Of a stretch of 64,000 nucleotides of DNA, positions 45,819 to 57,263 are shown in pieces. The notes beneath the pieces were generated by a model. That model made no database searches. It was given only the letters and a program-made list of their open reading frames with translations, and had not been told where the DNA came from. Each line of letters starts with the position of its first letter. The stretch's first letter is position 1. The DNA comes from Cyanidioschyzon merolae (taxonomy: Eukaryota). The stretch is from NCBI GenBank assembly GCA_000091205.1, contig AP006498.2; one strand, written 5' to 3'. A program made the position numbers and the translations under genes.

Positions 45819-48367
45819 CAGTAGAGGTGCGCGATCCAGACACAGCGGTCACTCGAGCGCTGTGGATCACGCGGTGCAGAGCGTCCCAAAGAGCATTACA
45901 GTAGGTACCTGGACACGCCCTTCAGGGGCAGGGGTCTTGCGTCGCAAGTGCTGGCGGCAGTCAAGGCAACCGTATATCTCCCATGGAAAACGCGTCGCAG
46001 GGGCGGTTGCGGCCTTGCAGGTGGCTGCCGCCCCTGTCGCCTCGCCCTTTCGAAAAGGGCGAGTACGAGAATGAACCTCTTGGCGAATGGTTCCCAGTTT
46101 CAACGCTGTTTCCATCTTAGAGCGCTATCGAATGCGTCAAACAGTAGCAGGCAGGCATAGAGCTCTTTCTCCGGATCCATAAATGTCTTTGTCGCTGCAG
46201 TGGAGAGTCGACGCATTCCAAACAGAGTCGCACGGGTGCGTCAATATTGCCACACAACTGGGCGACGCAAACATGAGCTTCTCTGAATGTCCTGTATTCC
46301 ATGGTGTAGGGCGTAAGCCTGCAGCCAGACTTGCAGAGCGTCGTGTATGCGGCACTGCGGCATCTCGAAATGCTGCATCCACAGCTCTACCTCTGTATTC
46401 CATCGTGCGATACATTCGCTTGGACGCCAACTTCGCCTCTCTGAAAGCGCTCATCTATGTCTATGCATTCGCGGTGCACTGTGGCATGTATTCCGTCTGT
46501 GACAGAGCGCTGTCGAAGCGAAAGCAGCACGCTGGGAGGCTTCCTCGCCCAGGGCATATTGCATGATAGCACGCTTGGATTCACGCTGTGCTTCAACACC
46601 CCCGTTCAACCATACGGTACTGCTGGACGAGTCGCACGAACGCGGGCTATGGCATGCGGCTTTTGTCATGCTCGCGATGCTGGATGGGCCCCTTCGATTG
46701 CGTCTGTGTCTGACACCAGCTTTCGGTGGAATAGTCTTCGAACGAGTCGTCGATGCGGTGATCCCGGAGCATCACACTCCATCGCTTTGACAGTAGCGAT
46801 AATGCCGTGGACACAGCTTGCGCCGGGGCTTTTGCTCCAGCCAGCTTCGATGGTAAAGTCACGGTTTCTGGGATCAGCAGCCAGTGCCGTGCAGCGGAAC
46901 TGAGTGATTCCGTTCCGCAGAGAGGTCGTGAGCATCCCGACTTTAATCCAAGCTCGCTCACCGATGCTCTATGCATATCTTGGAAGTATCCAAATGCTTG
47001 AGCTTTCCAAGTCGGTGCACGCCGCCCGGCGAATGGAATGCGCGATGCTCGTTGCCCTTTGGCGAACCTGCACGCGTACACCTGTATCGATTGGTGGCGT
47101 GGCGCCAAGAAGGTGCTCGCTCTACCTCGGATGCTCACGGAACGCTCGACACTCGGTTGAGCGCAAGAAATAGCCAATATCTCCGAGGAGAAGTATGCAC
47201 TGTAAAGCTTGGCGGTTATCCATGGAACGATGGATGCTTCTCTGATCGGTGCTATCCAGCGTATCATCGGGAATCCCTGGCTCGTGTAAACATTCTGCTG
47301 GAAAAGAAGAGCGATGGGGTATTGTGGCGAACGATTTTCCCTTCCATATCCCATAGCGTTGCTCCCTGATATCCGGCGAAACGCCACATCGATATCACGC
47401 CGAAACTCCGGGTCGTTACTGCGGATCCGTACCACGTTCGCGTTGAGAAGTCTGGAGGTTCCGTTCGATGGATGCAAGCGCTCCATCCATAGAACCGGGG
47501 CTTCATCGAGAGACTCTCTGGATGCCGAGGGTTTGTCTCGAGCACTATGCTTTTGCGGGCGCCGGCTTGAGCGCGAGCGCCCCAGTTTCTCTGCTTCATA
47601 CGAGAGGCCTTGAATGGAGCTCAGGTTCGACTGCAGAGTCCATAATGTGTCATGAAAGCACGCCCTGGCGAAAGTGCAACCCGTCTACCTCCGTTATGGA
47701 GGTGTGTTCGGTGCAGACCTCGATCGTGGGTAGCGTCCGCACACCCGCAAGCTGCTCACCTGATGCACCGATGCGACACTTGCGAGTACAGGGCTCTGCT
47801 ATGGATCCTGCGAGATATTCGCAATGCCCATGCAACCCAATTCCTCGAAAATACTCTATGTTGTGAGCACCAACCGCACTCTGGATCAGGGCTCATCCTT
47901 TATGGATTGGAAAGCGTGCTCCGCTACTGGTCGATGTCTAGCCTCGGGCGAGAACCGGCTACGACATGAATCCCCAGCACACTGTCGCTGCTGCTACTGC
48001 TACTACTACTGTCAGATGCGCGAAAAATGCCTATTAGAAACGGAGAGCGCTTCTCTTGGTGTTGCCGTATGCAGGCTTCACTATATCAATGTTCGAACCG
48101 CTGCATTATGGACCTCCATCATAACACCCGAGCATGCTATATACCGCAGGTGCGCTGGTATCCCGCGTATCGACTGAGCGACACACCATCGATCATCGAA
48201 AAAAAAGACCAGTACCATGCCTCGGAAGCAGATCGATCGCCGCTCCAGCCAGATGCAGGGTTGCGTCATTCCCGCGCTTGTGCAGCGTCTGGGTAACGCG
48301 ACTCCTTGACGCTAGGTAAACGGACGCTTTTTGCGGACGCTAGGAGCGATCCTACCGGTCGTGTTGG

Positions 48368-51300
48368 ATGGTGATTTTCACGAAACCCGTTTGGCTTCGT
48401 CACGCGGCCGGGACTGGGAACGGACCTCTGGGCGTCCAACGTGGCTTTGGAACCGGGGAGCAAACAAACAGTTTGTCAACAAGCAGTGACAGACGGCGAG
48501 CAGGAGCTGATAACGCCTGTGTGCCCATTTTCTCTCTAGACATTCAGCCGTGCGCTCGTGATGCTCCTCTGGATGAGGTGCGACTAGCGACATGTGGACA
48601 GGATGGAAAGATCCATTTATGGCGGCTAGGTGCGCTCTGGGAGGACGCCAAACAACAGTGCGCTCGCCTTCTTGGTAAGCCCGGTGCACCGCACGAAAGC
48701 ACGACACCACAACAGAACGGTGCATGTGAGAACACTCTGGAGTCGGCACTGATCGGCGTTGTAACACCGGCACACCAGGGTGCTGCGAACGTCGTTCGCT
48801 GGCATCCGGGCGGCAACGTTCTAGCCTCTGGTGGCGACGACGGCACTGTCTTGCTATCTAGTCGAGTGCCTGCTGCTGCTGGAGCGGTGACGGCGGTTGA
48901 GCCATTTGCCCGCGGGACGTTGCTTCAAGCGCCGCTCGGTGCGGCCTGCAAGGAACACTGGTCTGTTTGTACGATCTTACGCGCACATGACTCGGACGTT
49001 CTCGACGTGAGTTTTGCCCCGCACGGGGAGGCGCTTGCCTCCTGCTCAGTGGACAATACCGTATGCGTCTGGCGTATAGAGCTGAGCACAAAGCATGGGG
49101 ATGATGATCAATGGATCACTGCAAACGGGAGCCTCCTTGCTCGCCTGCGAGGCCATCATGGGATGGTGAAAGGCGTCTCCTGGGATCCGGCTAACCAGTT
49201 CATTGCCACCCAGTCTGACGATCGCTCGGTGCTCTTGTGGCGTACCGACCACTGGGGCGAAATAGAAAGACGCCTTTCTGAAGAGTTTGAGGCGGCGACG
49301 ACTGAGGCAAACTTGCGATCCTGGTTTATGCGATTGGCATGGTCGCCATCGGGTGCCGAGCTTGTCGCCACCAACGGCTATCGGAACAAGTGCCATGTTG
49401 CGCCTCTGTACCGTCGTATACAGGACTTTGCAGATCCGATCGAGTTTGTTGGGCATCGGGCGCCAGTGGTGTCAATTCGATGGTCACCGTGCGTATACGC
49501 ACGCTCACCGCATCCTCCATTCGAGGAGAAGAACAGACTCTATTTTTGCGTCGCCCTAGGTAGCAAAGATCACGGCTTGACGATCTGGCGAGCAGACCAC
49601 GGCAAACCGTTCGTTTCTCTCGTAGATTTATTTGACGGGGATGTTCTGGACTTGAGTTGGAACACTGCCGGCGATATTCTGGTAGCTTGTTCAACGGACG
49701 GGAGTGTTTTCTTTGCGCAGTTTGATCCGGAAGAGCTTGGCTACGTTGTACCAGAGGCGGTAGCCAAGGAGGCGATCACCAAAGAGATGACTCTGTTCAC
49801 TGGTGGCGTGAACCCCCTGCGGGCACATCCATCGAACCAGCTGGGAGATGCGAGCTGTGGTATGCTGGATCCCGTCGCACTTGCACTGCAGCGGAGCAAG
49901 CTCGCGCAGCAAGCACCCGCATTCGCGAAGAGCGGAGCAGAGACCAGTACACCTGTCGTCGAGCATTCGATGCCGGGGGATTCGCGCCCGCCATCCTCAG
50001 GCAAAGCGGGCGCGAAGGAGCCCAGCCCTGCTGCTGGCGTCCAGCTGCGTTTGGAAAATCAGCGGGAGGAACGTCTTAAGGACGGGAAGCGAAGGATCAT
50101 TCCAGTACCGATAGGCGGGCAACACGCCACTGCCACACCGTCGCTCGGCGTTGCAGCTAAGCAGCATGCTGCTCACTTGGCGTCAGCGGGCGTTGAGCGC
50201 GAACCACTTGACTCTGCTGATGCCGTGCAGGCGAAGAAACGCCAACGGTCACTTGCGATGAATGGCGCCTCCACACCAGAAGTGCTGCCAAAACCTCCTA
50301 GAAATGCACTCCGTAGCGACAGCGGCGTCCGAAGAGAGCAGTCGTTGGCGAACAACCATACAGAGATGCATGGTCTCGCCACCGCTGCCGCGACACCGAA
50401 AGCGACCTCTACAGTAGCACCGGTGGCTTCATCGGGAACCCCCAGGTCAACGATTCCTCTGTCGACCGGCACGGATACAAGAAGACGTCTCTGGATTCTC
50501 GAGGACGCTTCGCCGAATTTTTGCATCGAATCTGTTGGTCAACCACTGAATACTTCGCTCGTTTTTGGGGTGCGCTCTGGTTCGCCTCTATGGAAACAAG
50601 TCGTTCGGGGAGCCGTCACTGCGCTCACCAGCACACCTGGATCCAATGCAATCATCCTGGGTACTAGTGATGCTGCACTGCACGTACTCTCTGGCCGCAG
50701 TGGACTCCGCCTGGCGCCACCGTTCATGTTGGATGCACCAGCGATCTGGATGGCACGCCATGAACGAGTGATCCTCATCTTAACCGAAAAGGCTTCGTTC
50801 CAAGTCCATCACGTCACCGATTTGACGGACTGGAGGCCCGAGCAAACCTCGCGCCCACTCGCTTGGGGCAGTGCCAGTTTTCTGCTGGCGAGCGAAAATC
50901 TCGAGCCAGTGCGGTTGTTGCCCGAACGCTTCGAATGGGATGCTTCGCGTCAAGTGCTACTCCTGTTTCTCCGCAACGGCGATGTCTATATGCATCAGGG
51001 TGCGCACGCCACATGGATCCGGCTGATGGAAGACACTTTCCTTGCGAGTCCCTTTTCTGAGGCGACGGTATCCGCAACCGGCTACGACGCCCGAAAGCAG
51101 CAGGCTTTGCCGACCCTGGACTGCACGGATCCGTGTACCGAAGACAGGAATTTTTCGTTTATTGATCCAGAGCGCGTAGGTCTGCGCGAGGTTGCGGACC
51201 CAGAACGGGAAGCGAGTGACACGACAGCACATCTCGAGCTTTTGTTTGTGACGGCCTTCAGGTTGCAGAAGGAAGCTGAGGCTCGTTTCTGGTTACAGAG

Positions 51301-51643
51301 GCTGGTCGAGTGGCTCGTCCAGATCGGTGACGAGGCCCGTCTTGTTGCGCTTTGTGATCAACTCGGGGGTTTCAGCACTACTGTGAGTTCAGGGGAATGC
51401 ATCGACAGCCAGCAGCGCGATGGCTGGAAAGCTTCCAATATGGCGCTCATTCGACAGATTGTGTTACCACTGCTGGCATCGAATCCCGCTCTGGAAACCA
51501 TTCTGAATACATATCGTGAGTTGTTGATTGGGGTTTCCCAGAGCCAAGAGCGGCTACCCGCACCTGCGCTACTCGAACAAGTCGTTTCTACTACCGCAGA
51601 TGCCGCTGAGGACAAGGCGGGTGAAAGCTCCCCACTCGCCTAG
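48368..51643 (+). CDS. HIRA: HIRA histone chaperone (WD40 N-terminal domain, 1091 aa)
   Basis: N-terminus MVIFTKPVWLRHA...CVPIFSLDIQP...RLATCGQDGKIHLW compares with HIRA MKLLKPTWVNHNGKPIFSVDIHPDG..FATGGQ. Multiple WD repeats (LRAHDSDVLDVSFAPHGEALASCSVDNTVCVW; LRGHHGMVKGVSWDPANQFIATQSDDRSVLLW; FVGHRAPVVSIRWSP). Long C-terminal region. Confidence 0.85.
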   Translation: MVIFTKPVWLRHAAGTGNGPLGVQRGFGTGEQTNSLSTSSDRRRAGADNACVPIFSLDIQPCARDAPLDEVRLATCGQDGKIHLWRLGALWEDAKQQCARLLGKPGAPHESTTPQQNGACENTLESALIGVVTPAHQGAANVVRWHPGGNVLASGGDDGTVLLSSRVPAAAGAVTAVEPFARGTLLQAPLGAACKEHWSVCTILRAHDSDVLDVSFAPHGEALASCSVDNTVCVWRIELSTKHGDDDQWITANGSLLARLRGHHGMVKGVSWDPANQFIATQSDDRSVLLWRTDHWGEIERRLSEEFEAATTEANLRSWFMRLAWSPSGAELVATNGYRNKCHVAPLYRRIQDFADPIEFVGHRAPVVSIRWSPCVYARSPHPPFEEKNRLYFCVALGSKDHGLTIWRADHGKPFVSLVDLFDGDVLDLSWNTAGDILVACSTDGSVFFAQFDPEELGYVVPEAVAKEAITKEMTLFTGGVNPLRAHPSNQLGDASCGMLDPVALALQRSKLAQQAPAFAKSGAETSTPVVEHSMPGDSRPPSSGKAGAKEPSPAAGVQLRLENQREERLKDGKRRIIPVPIGGQHATATPSLGVAAKQHAAHLASAGVEREPLDSADAVQAKKRQRSLAMNGASTPEVLPKPPRNALRSDSGVRREQSLANNHTEMHGLATAAATPKATSTVAPVASSGTPRSTIPLSTGTDTRRRLWILEDASPNFCIESVGQPLNTSLVFGVRSGSPLWKQVVRGAVTALTSTPGSNAIILGTSDAALHVLSGRSGLRLAPPFMLDAPAIWMARHERVILILTEKASFQVHHVTDLTDWRPEQTSRPLAWGSASFLLASENLEPVRLLPERFEWDASRQVLLLFLRNGDVYMHQGAHATWIRLMEDTFLASPFSEATVSATGYDARKQQALPTLDCTDPCTEDRNFSFIDPERVGLREVADPEREASDTTAHLELLFVTAFRLQKEAEARFWLQRLVEWLVQIGDEARLVALCDQLGGFSTTVSSGECIDSQQRDGWKASNMALIRQIVLPLLASNPALETILNTYRELLIGVSQSQERLPAPALLEQVVSTTADAAEDKAGESSPLA

Positions 51644-52167
51644 CAGGTGCATCGAAAGCTCGCTGGCGACGCTGCGAGCCATGTCAACGTGTCGAGAGGC
51701 TTATTGCTTGTTCCGAAAGAAGCTGGATCTCGTTTCCGCCCCGCGGGAAGTGCATCGTGCACCAGAAGCGGCATCGCAGGTATTCTGTGCGATGGACGGA
51801 TGCGGGGCTTTGGCGTTTCCACAAACTCAGCGCTACTAAAGGTAGACGGGCTGACATTGCTGCCTCGCGCGCGCTCTGCGTCAAGTCCGTTCGTTGTGAT
51901 TGTGGCTGGTTCCGAGAAGCGCGTGCTACCACACGTGGACCCTTCAGTGTCACCGCCGATTTTGCGGAGAGCATTCCAATGAACTTGGCGGAGCAGAGCT
52001 TTCGGCGACCTCGACGTTCGCGAGCGTGCGGCATCGCTGTCTCTGCTCCGCTGAGCTCGGCGTTAACCGTAGGTGTGGCGCACGAGAGGTCGCTGGACCT
52101 AGTAAGTCTCTATTCGTAAATTGGAGGCGATTCATGGATGAATGGAATGCTCAGGCGTTGATACAGA

Positions 52168-52450
52168 ACCTTGGGCAGTGTCCCTAGATATTCAGATTGC
52201 CCGTGCATTCACAGAACATTTGGAGCAATGCTTCCATCCAGTATCACAGGTAACTTGAATAAACCTTGGGCAGTATCCCTAGATATCCAGGTTGCCCGTG
52301 CATTCACAGAACATTTGGAGCAATGCTTCCATCCAGTATCACAAGCAAATTGAAAGCACCTTGGGCAGTATCCCTAGATATCCAGATTGCCCGTGCATTC
52401 ACAGAACATTTGGAGCAATGCTTCGATCCCATATTCCAAGAGAAACATGT
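52168..52450. repeat. Three tandem copies of a 95-bp unit between HIRA and HOP2
   Basis: ccttgggcagt.tccctagatat.cag.ttgcccgtgcattcacagaacatttggagcaatgcttccatccagtatcaca... at 52168, 52263 and 52358. The third copy is diverged at its 3' end. Confidence 0.9.
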
Positions 52451-52892
52451 CGATGCGTGCTCGTGATGAGTGGCATAGAGTCACGCATCCTGGGACACGC
52501 ATCGACAAATAACCAACAATGCAAATGCATGCACGCGCACCTCATGCGCTATTTACTCACTGAGCGACAGCGCGCGTCACCATCCGTGACTCGTCGTTGA
52601 ACTTGGAGCCGACGTGTGGAGCGATGAACACACTACCAATCGCTGATATCAAGTGCGCAATCGAGGATTCCTTGTCCGAATCAACGTTCTGTCGATGGGA
52701 AGGAATGTTGCGAAGCTCGCCATGATAGGCGCGCTGCTGCTGGATGCGTGCGCGGGCAGCGGCGTGCGCGCACTGTCGATGCTGGTGGCGGGAACGCTGG
52801 CGCCAACACCGTGCCGTCTACTGCTGGACGGTGTCGCACTGGGATTACCCGCTACAGCGCGTGTGCTGACGTTGCGCGAACTGGGCGAGTCC

Positions 52893-53657
52893 ATGCCGGC
52901 AAAGTCGCCTTCAACGAGAAAGAAAAGAGCTCGGACGAAAGATGAAGATGAGGAGAACGTGGACACCGGTAATCAGACGACAGCACCAACATTTCGAGAT
53001 AAGAACTTGCAGCTCGTCCACGATTTTCTCGCGAGTCAGAACCGGCCGTTCTCGTTGCAAAATATTCTAGACAGTTTAGCAAATAAGGGAGACATGAAGA
53101 AAGCTGCTTTGGATAAAGCACTTACTGAACTGGTAACTTCAGAGTACGTAACCTGCAAAGAGTATGGAAAGGCTAAACTGTACCTGATTCGGCAGAAGAA
53201 TATCGCCCTGCCGTCTGCCGAAGAGACAGCTGCACTGGACTCGCGTCTGGAGACACTTGCGAACGAGCTCGAGGAACTATCAGCGGAGTGCCAGGTGCTG
53301 GAGGCTAAGATCAGTGAGCTCTCTGCGCAGCCTCGAACAGAGGAAGCAAAAGAGCGGGTTGCTCTTCTAGAAACCGAAACTGCGACGATCGACGAGCGCA
53401 TTGAAAAGCTCCAAGTACACTGTGCCGGCTACGATAGCAGCCGACGGCAGTACATTCAGCAACAGCACGAACGAGCGCTTAAAGCGCTGCGTCTCAGGCG
53501 TTCCCGGGCACGGCAGATCATTCTTCAAATGGCCGAGGGTATGGAGCGCAAGCCGCGGGAGCTCGCCGACGAGATTGGCATCGAATCCGACTCCGACGAC
53601 TGGTTGACGGCGAGCCGGAGCGTCGTTTCGAATGCTCGATCAAAGGCAGCTGTTTAG
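52893..53657 (+). CDS. HOP2: HOP2/TBPIP (PSMC3IP) homologous-pairing protein 2, 254 aa (track ORF extends 80 codons further upstream to 52653)
   Basis: MPAKSPSTRKKRARTKDE...NLQLVHDFLASQNRPFSLQNILDSLANKGDMKKAALDKALTELVTSEYVTCKEYGKAKLYLIRQ (winged-helix) is followed by a coiled coil: LDSRLETLANELEELSAECQVLEAKISEL... Confidence 0.85.
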   Translation: MPAKSPSTRKKRARTKDEDEENVDTGNQTTAPTFRDKNLQLVHDFLASQNRPFSLQNILDSLANKGDMKKAALDKALTELVTSEYVTCKEYGKAKLYLIRQKNIALPSAEETAALDSRLETLANELEELSAECQVLEAKISELSAQPRTEEAKERVALLETETATIDERIEKLQVHCAGYDSSRRQYIQQQHERALKALRLRRSRARQIILQMAEGMERKPRELADEIGIESDSDDWLTASRSVVSNARSKAAV

Positions 53658-55226
53658 ACGGCGTGCGTGCGCTGTCGCCCGTGCCTATCGACATTCGAGC
53701 GAGACTGCTCAGGGCTGGGGACGCGATCGCCTTGATGGCGTGCACCTGGTGGCAGAGGCGGCAGCGACTTTTTCCTGTTGTGTGCGAGCATCTGCGCTGG
53801 GGCATCGCTTGGGCGCAGGCACACTGGCACATTGTCTTTTCGAGCGTTGCGTCCACGGCCGAAGAGAATGGACCGAAGGAACATGCGCATTGTCTGCGCG
53901 CAAAAGTGCATCCGATGCGGGCCCAGTTCACCGATCGTAAAACGTCCAGCTGCACTTTGAAGGGTATCTTGCTGGGGTGTCGAGGAAAGGCGCGCTTCCA
54001 CAGACGCGTTGATGTTGTGGGTCGCTTCGATCTCCCGCTGCAGAGAAGGTTCCACCTGTTCCGCCAAAGTCAACGGACCATTCAGTTCTTTGTAGAGCGA
54101 TGATTCCGATCCTGTTAGAATGTCGATAGCATGTTGCCAGTTTGCATAGATTTGGATGCATGAATAGGATGCACACAAGGTGACACCGCACCACATCATC
54201 GACTTTACATCTCGCCTCTGGACCACTACATCCATTCTATTTCCAAACAATACGATGCGCCCAGATATTCGCCCTACCCCACTAGCCACGAACGACGATC
54301 AACGCACAAGTGAAGTGGAGCGTACTGCCCGAAAACAGCGTCCCTTTCACAGCAACGTATGCGTGTGCGCACACGCTAGCTAGCGCCCTGCCCCAACTAG
54401 CGGTAAACCGATGAGCTCGGCAAGCGCTGCCCATCAGAGATCATCCACGTCAACGTTGCATACTCACCTGACTATTCTTCCATTCATGAAAAGATGCTAA
54501 TTCGAGCAATCATGAGGTTCTCGAGGCATGCGTGCTGCCTGGACACGCACCAGCTAAAGTACAATTTATCCAAGTTCTAATGTCGACGTTCTCCGGTGTG
54601 CACCGATCCAGTGCCGAATTTCCCGCCGCCACCGCCCGGGCGCCTATGATCGCAGCGTTGCTGCAGCTGCGGCCTCGACACGCCCGGCGCTTGATGCGTG
54701 TCCGGCGTGAGCGCGAGCAGACACGCCCACACCACTGCCGTCGACTGCGGCAGCGACCGGCTGAGGCACACGGCACCACGAGTGACTGAACGACTGAGTG
54801 ACCGACTGACTGCTATTGACAAGAACGAGCACCGAAGCAGTGAACACAGGCACTTGGGACCAGATCACTACTGGACTGTTCTTGTTGTCGTCGTCGTTTT
54901 CCTGAAAGCAACCTGCTGGAACGAGACAAGCACAGTGCAGACGCGTCGCAGCACGTTTTGGTGCGATCGACGGTCGCTGGTACAAGTATCGCTGAGCGAG
55001 CGCTTGTCAGTGCGCAGCACTACTGGGATACGAGTGTAACAGATCCGCTGCGGTACTGTGTGTGATTCTGGGTACTTCTCGAAGACGTGTCCACGCAGCT
55101 GTTCGTGGCGTCCCGAGCAGCCGATCCATACCAGTGATTCCATTTTTTGCCTCTGAAGCTATACGGCGCGTCGCGGTGAGTACGTAAAGACGCAACGACG
55201 ACACACGGCGTGCGAGCGACTTTCTT

Positions 55227-57263
55227 GTGCGTCTCTGGTGCATCTTTGCGTCTGCTGGGGAACGACTTCAGCAGGGGCCGTTCATGATGCTCCAGCCTGC
55301 GGGTGCAGGCGCATCACCTCATTTGGTGCGCATGTCTAGGGACCAGCCCGGCGAGCTGCACGCGGATTCGGATTCGGCGAAGAGCTCTTCAAGCTGTCCG
55401 ACAACTCCTTTTCAATCAGTGACGACGGTAGGCTCTCTGGAGATATCGAAGTCTCCGGCTCGAGTTCCACCCGCTGGCGCACCAGCTGCATCCGTTGAGC
55501 AGACAGCAGTTGCGAGCTCTTCAGTTGCCTCCTCGCGGCAGGTCAATGAGAGCCAACGGCGAGTCCTGTACGCAAAACGATTGATAGAGCAGTATTACCG
55601 CAACTTTGCCCACGCATTCAACGAGTCCGAAGCACGACGTCAACTTCTTGAGGAACGGCTCGAGCGCCTTCGTCTCTCGGATGCGGACAAACAGATGCTA
55701 CGCCGCGAGCACTTCCGACGGGAAAAGGAGTTCGCGCGCGAAATGCGCAGTCGAATAACCCTCGATGACTTTGAACACATCGCAATTATCGGCCGGGGAG
55801 CGTTTGGCGAAGTTTCCCTAGTCCGCAGTTGCGAGTCCGGCGAGCTCTACGCCATGAAACGTCTCCGCAAGAGCGAAATGCTTCGCAAGGACCAGGTGGC
55901 GCACGTACGAGCCGAGCGCGACCTCCTGGTGCTTGCAGAGTCCGCTTCATACGTCTGTAAGCTATACTGCACGTTCCAGGACGCTGAACACCTGTACCTT
56001 GTCATGGAGTACCTACCGGGCGGTGATCTTATGCAGTTGCTCATTCAGAGGGATACCCTTGACGAGGACAGCACACGTTTCTACGCTGCCGAAATCGGAA
56101 CCGCAATCGAGCAGGTGCATCGTCTAGGATTTACTCACCGCGACATCAAACCTGACAATATTCTTATCGCGAAGGATGGTCACATTCGATTATCCGACTT
56201 TGGACTCGCTGCGGCCTATGAGCTGCAAGTCTACGGCATGGCGCCGTTGTTGGAACCGGGCGCAGATCTGACGTATACCGGCGGGGATCGTATCGCAGCT
56301 ATGAGCGAGGCAGAACGCAAAGGCTCCTGGCGACGCGGTCTACGACGCCGCATGTTTTCCACGGTCGGCACTCCGGACTACATCGCACCCGAAGTGCTCA
56401 TGAAGAGGGGTTACGGCAAGGAGTGTGACTGGTGGAGTCTGGGTGTCATCATCTTCGAAATGCTCTACGGATATCCGGCCTTTTATTCGGAAAACTCCGT
56501 GGAGACTTGTCGCAAAATACTCAATTGGCGCACGACGTTGCAGTTCCCCGCGAGACCGAACGTGTCTCCAGCAGCCAAAGACCTCATCCGTTCTCTCTTG
56601 ACAGATCCCGAAAACAGGTTGGGCGCCCGCGAAGGTCTCGAGGACTTCAAACGTCATCCCTTTTTCCACGGCTTTGACTGGAATCGCATGCGAGAGATGC
56701 GGGCACCGTTCGTGCCCGAACTCAGTCATGATGCCGATACTCGCTACTTTGACCACTTCGAGGACGATACGCACCCAAAAAGCCAGGAAGCCAAGGCCAC
56801 TGTACCGCCTGCGGGACGCACCGGCACTGAACCGCGGAGCACTGCACCCGCGAACACTCTGGCGAGCCCAGCACGCCCGCGACCAGCTGTCACGCTGCCG
56901 CCTGCTGATCAGCGAAAGCCCCAACAGGTGCCCCGTGTAGTTGACATTGAGGGCGCCCAAGCGGACGCCTCGTTGACTTCGACGAACGCCAGGTCATCGA
57001 CAGCCTCGAGGACACCCACGACAAGAGCGTTCCCGCTGAACGCGGACCCAGCAAGTCGCAAACAAGGCGAGCTCCGGGGTTCGCGTAAAATCTTTCGGGA
57101 GCAGCTTCGAATGCAGCCTTTTCTTCGGTACTCGTATCGAGACCTGCACGCTCTAGGAGAGGGCGACGCGTCGTTCCTTGGTTTCACGTACCGTCGTTTT
57201 GGTGTTCGGAGCCAACAGCGAGGTTCGCTGCGAGGGGCTTTCGACCCCAAACACCCGTCCTAG
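55227..57263 (+). CDS. NDR/LATS-family (AGC) serine/threonine protein kinase
   Basis: N-terminal regulatory region RVLYAKRLIEQYYRNFAHAFNESEARRQLLEERLERLRLSDADKQMLRREHFRREKEF. Kinase motifs IIGRGAFGEV, AMKRLRK, HRDIKPDNILI, DFGLA, then a long activation-segment insert and SWRRGLRRRMFSTVGTPDYIAPEV. C-terminal hydrophobic motif region. Confidence 0.88.
   Translation: MRLWCIFASAGERLQQGPFMMLQPAGAGASPHLVRMSRDQPGELHADSDSAKSSSSCPTTPFQSVTTVGSLEISKSPARVPPAGAPAASVEQTAVASSSVASSRQVNESQRRVLYAKRLIEQYYRNFAHAFNESEARRQLLEERLERLRLSDADKQMLRREHFRREKEFAREMRSRITLDDFEHIAIIGRGAFGEVSLVRSCESGELYAMKRLRKSEMLRKDQVAHVRAERDLLVLAESASYVCKLYCTFQDAEHLYLVMEYLPGGDLMQLLIQRDTLDEDSTRFYAAEIGTAIEQVHRLGFTHRDIKPDNILIAKDGHIRLSDFGLAAAYELQVYGMAPLLEPGADLTYTGGDRIAAMSEAERKGSWRRGLRRRMFSTVGTPDYIAPEVLMKRGYGKECDWWSLGVIIFEMLYGYPAFYSENSVETCRKILNWRTTLQFPARPNVSPAAKDLIRSLLTDPENRLGAREGLEDFKRHPFFHGFDWNRMREMRAPFVPELSHDADTRYFDHFEDDTHPKSQEAKATVPPAGRTGTEPRSTAPANTLASPARPRPAVTLPPADQRKPQQVPRVVDIEGAQADASLTSTNARSSTASRTPTTRAFPLNADPASRKQGELRGSRKIFREQLRMQPFLRYSYRDLHALGEGDASFLGFTYRRFGVRSQQRGSLRGAFDPKHPS

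Noticed and set aside
1-53657. Co-occurrence of PSMC3 (Rpt5) and its namesake partner PSMC3IP (HOP2) in one window as a functional cluster
   Set aside because: The genes are 52 kb apart with about ten unrelated genes between them. Most likely coincidence.
53654-54289. 211-aa ORF convergent with, and overlapping by 4 bp, the HOP2 stop
   Set aside because: No recognisable motif, and no support beyond length. Kept out of the feature list.
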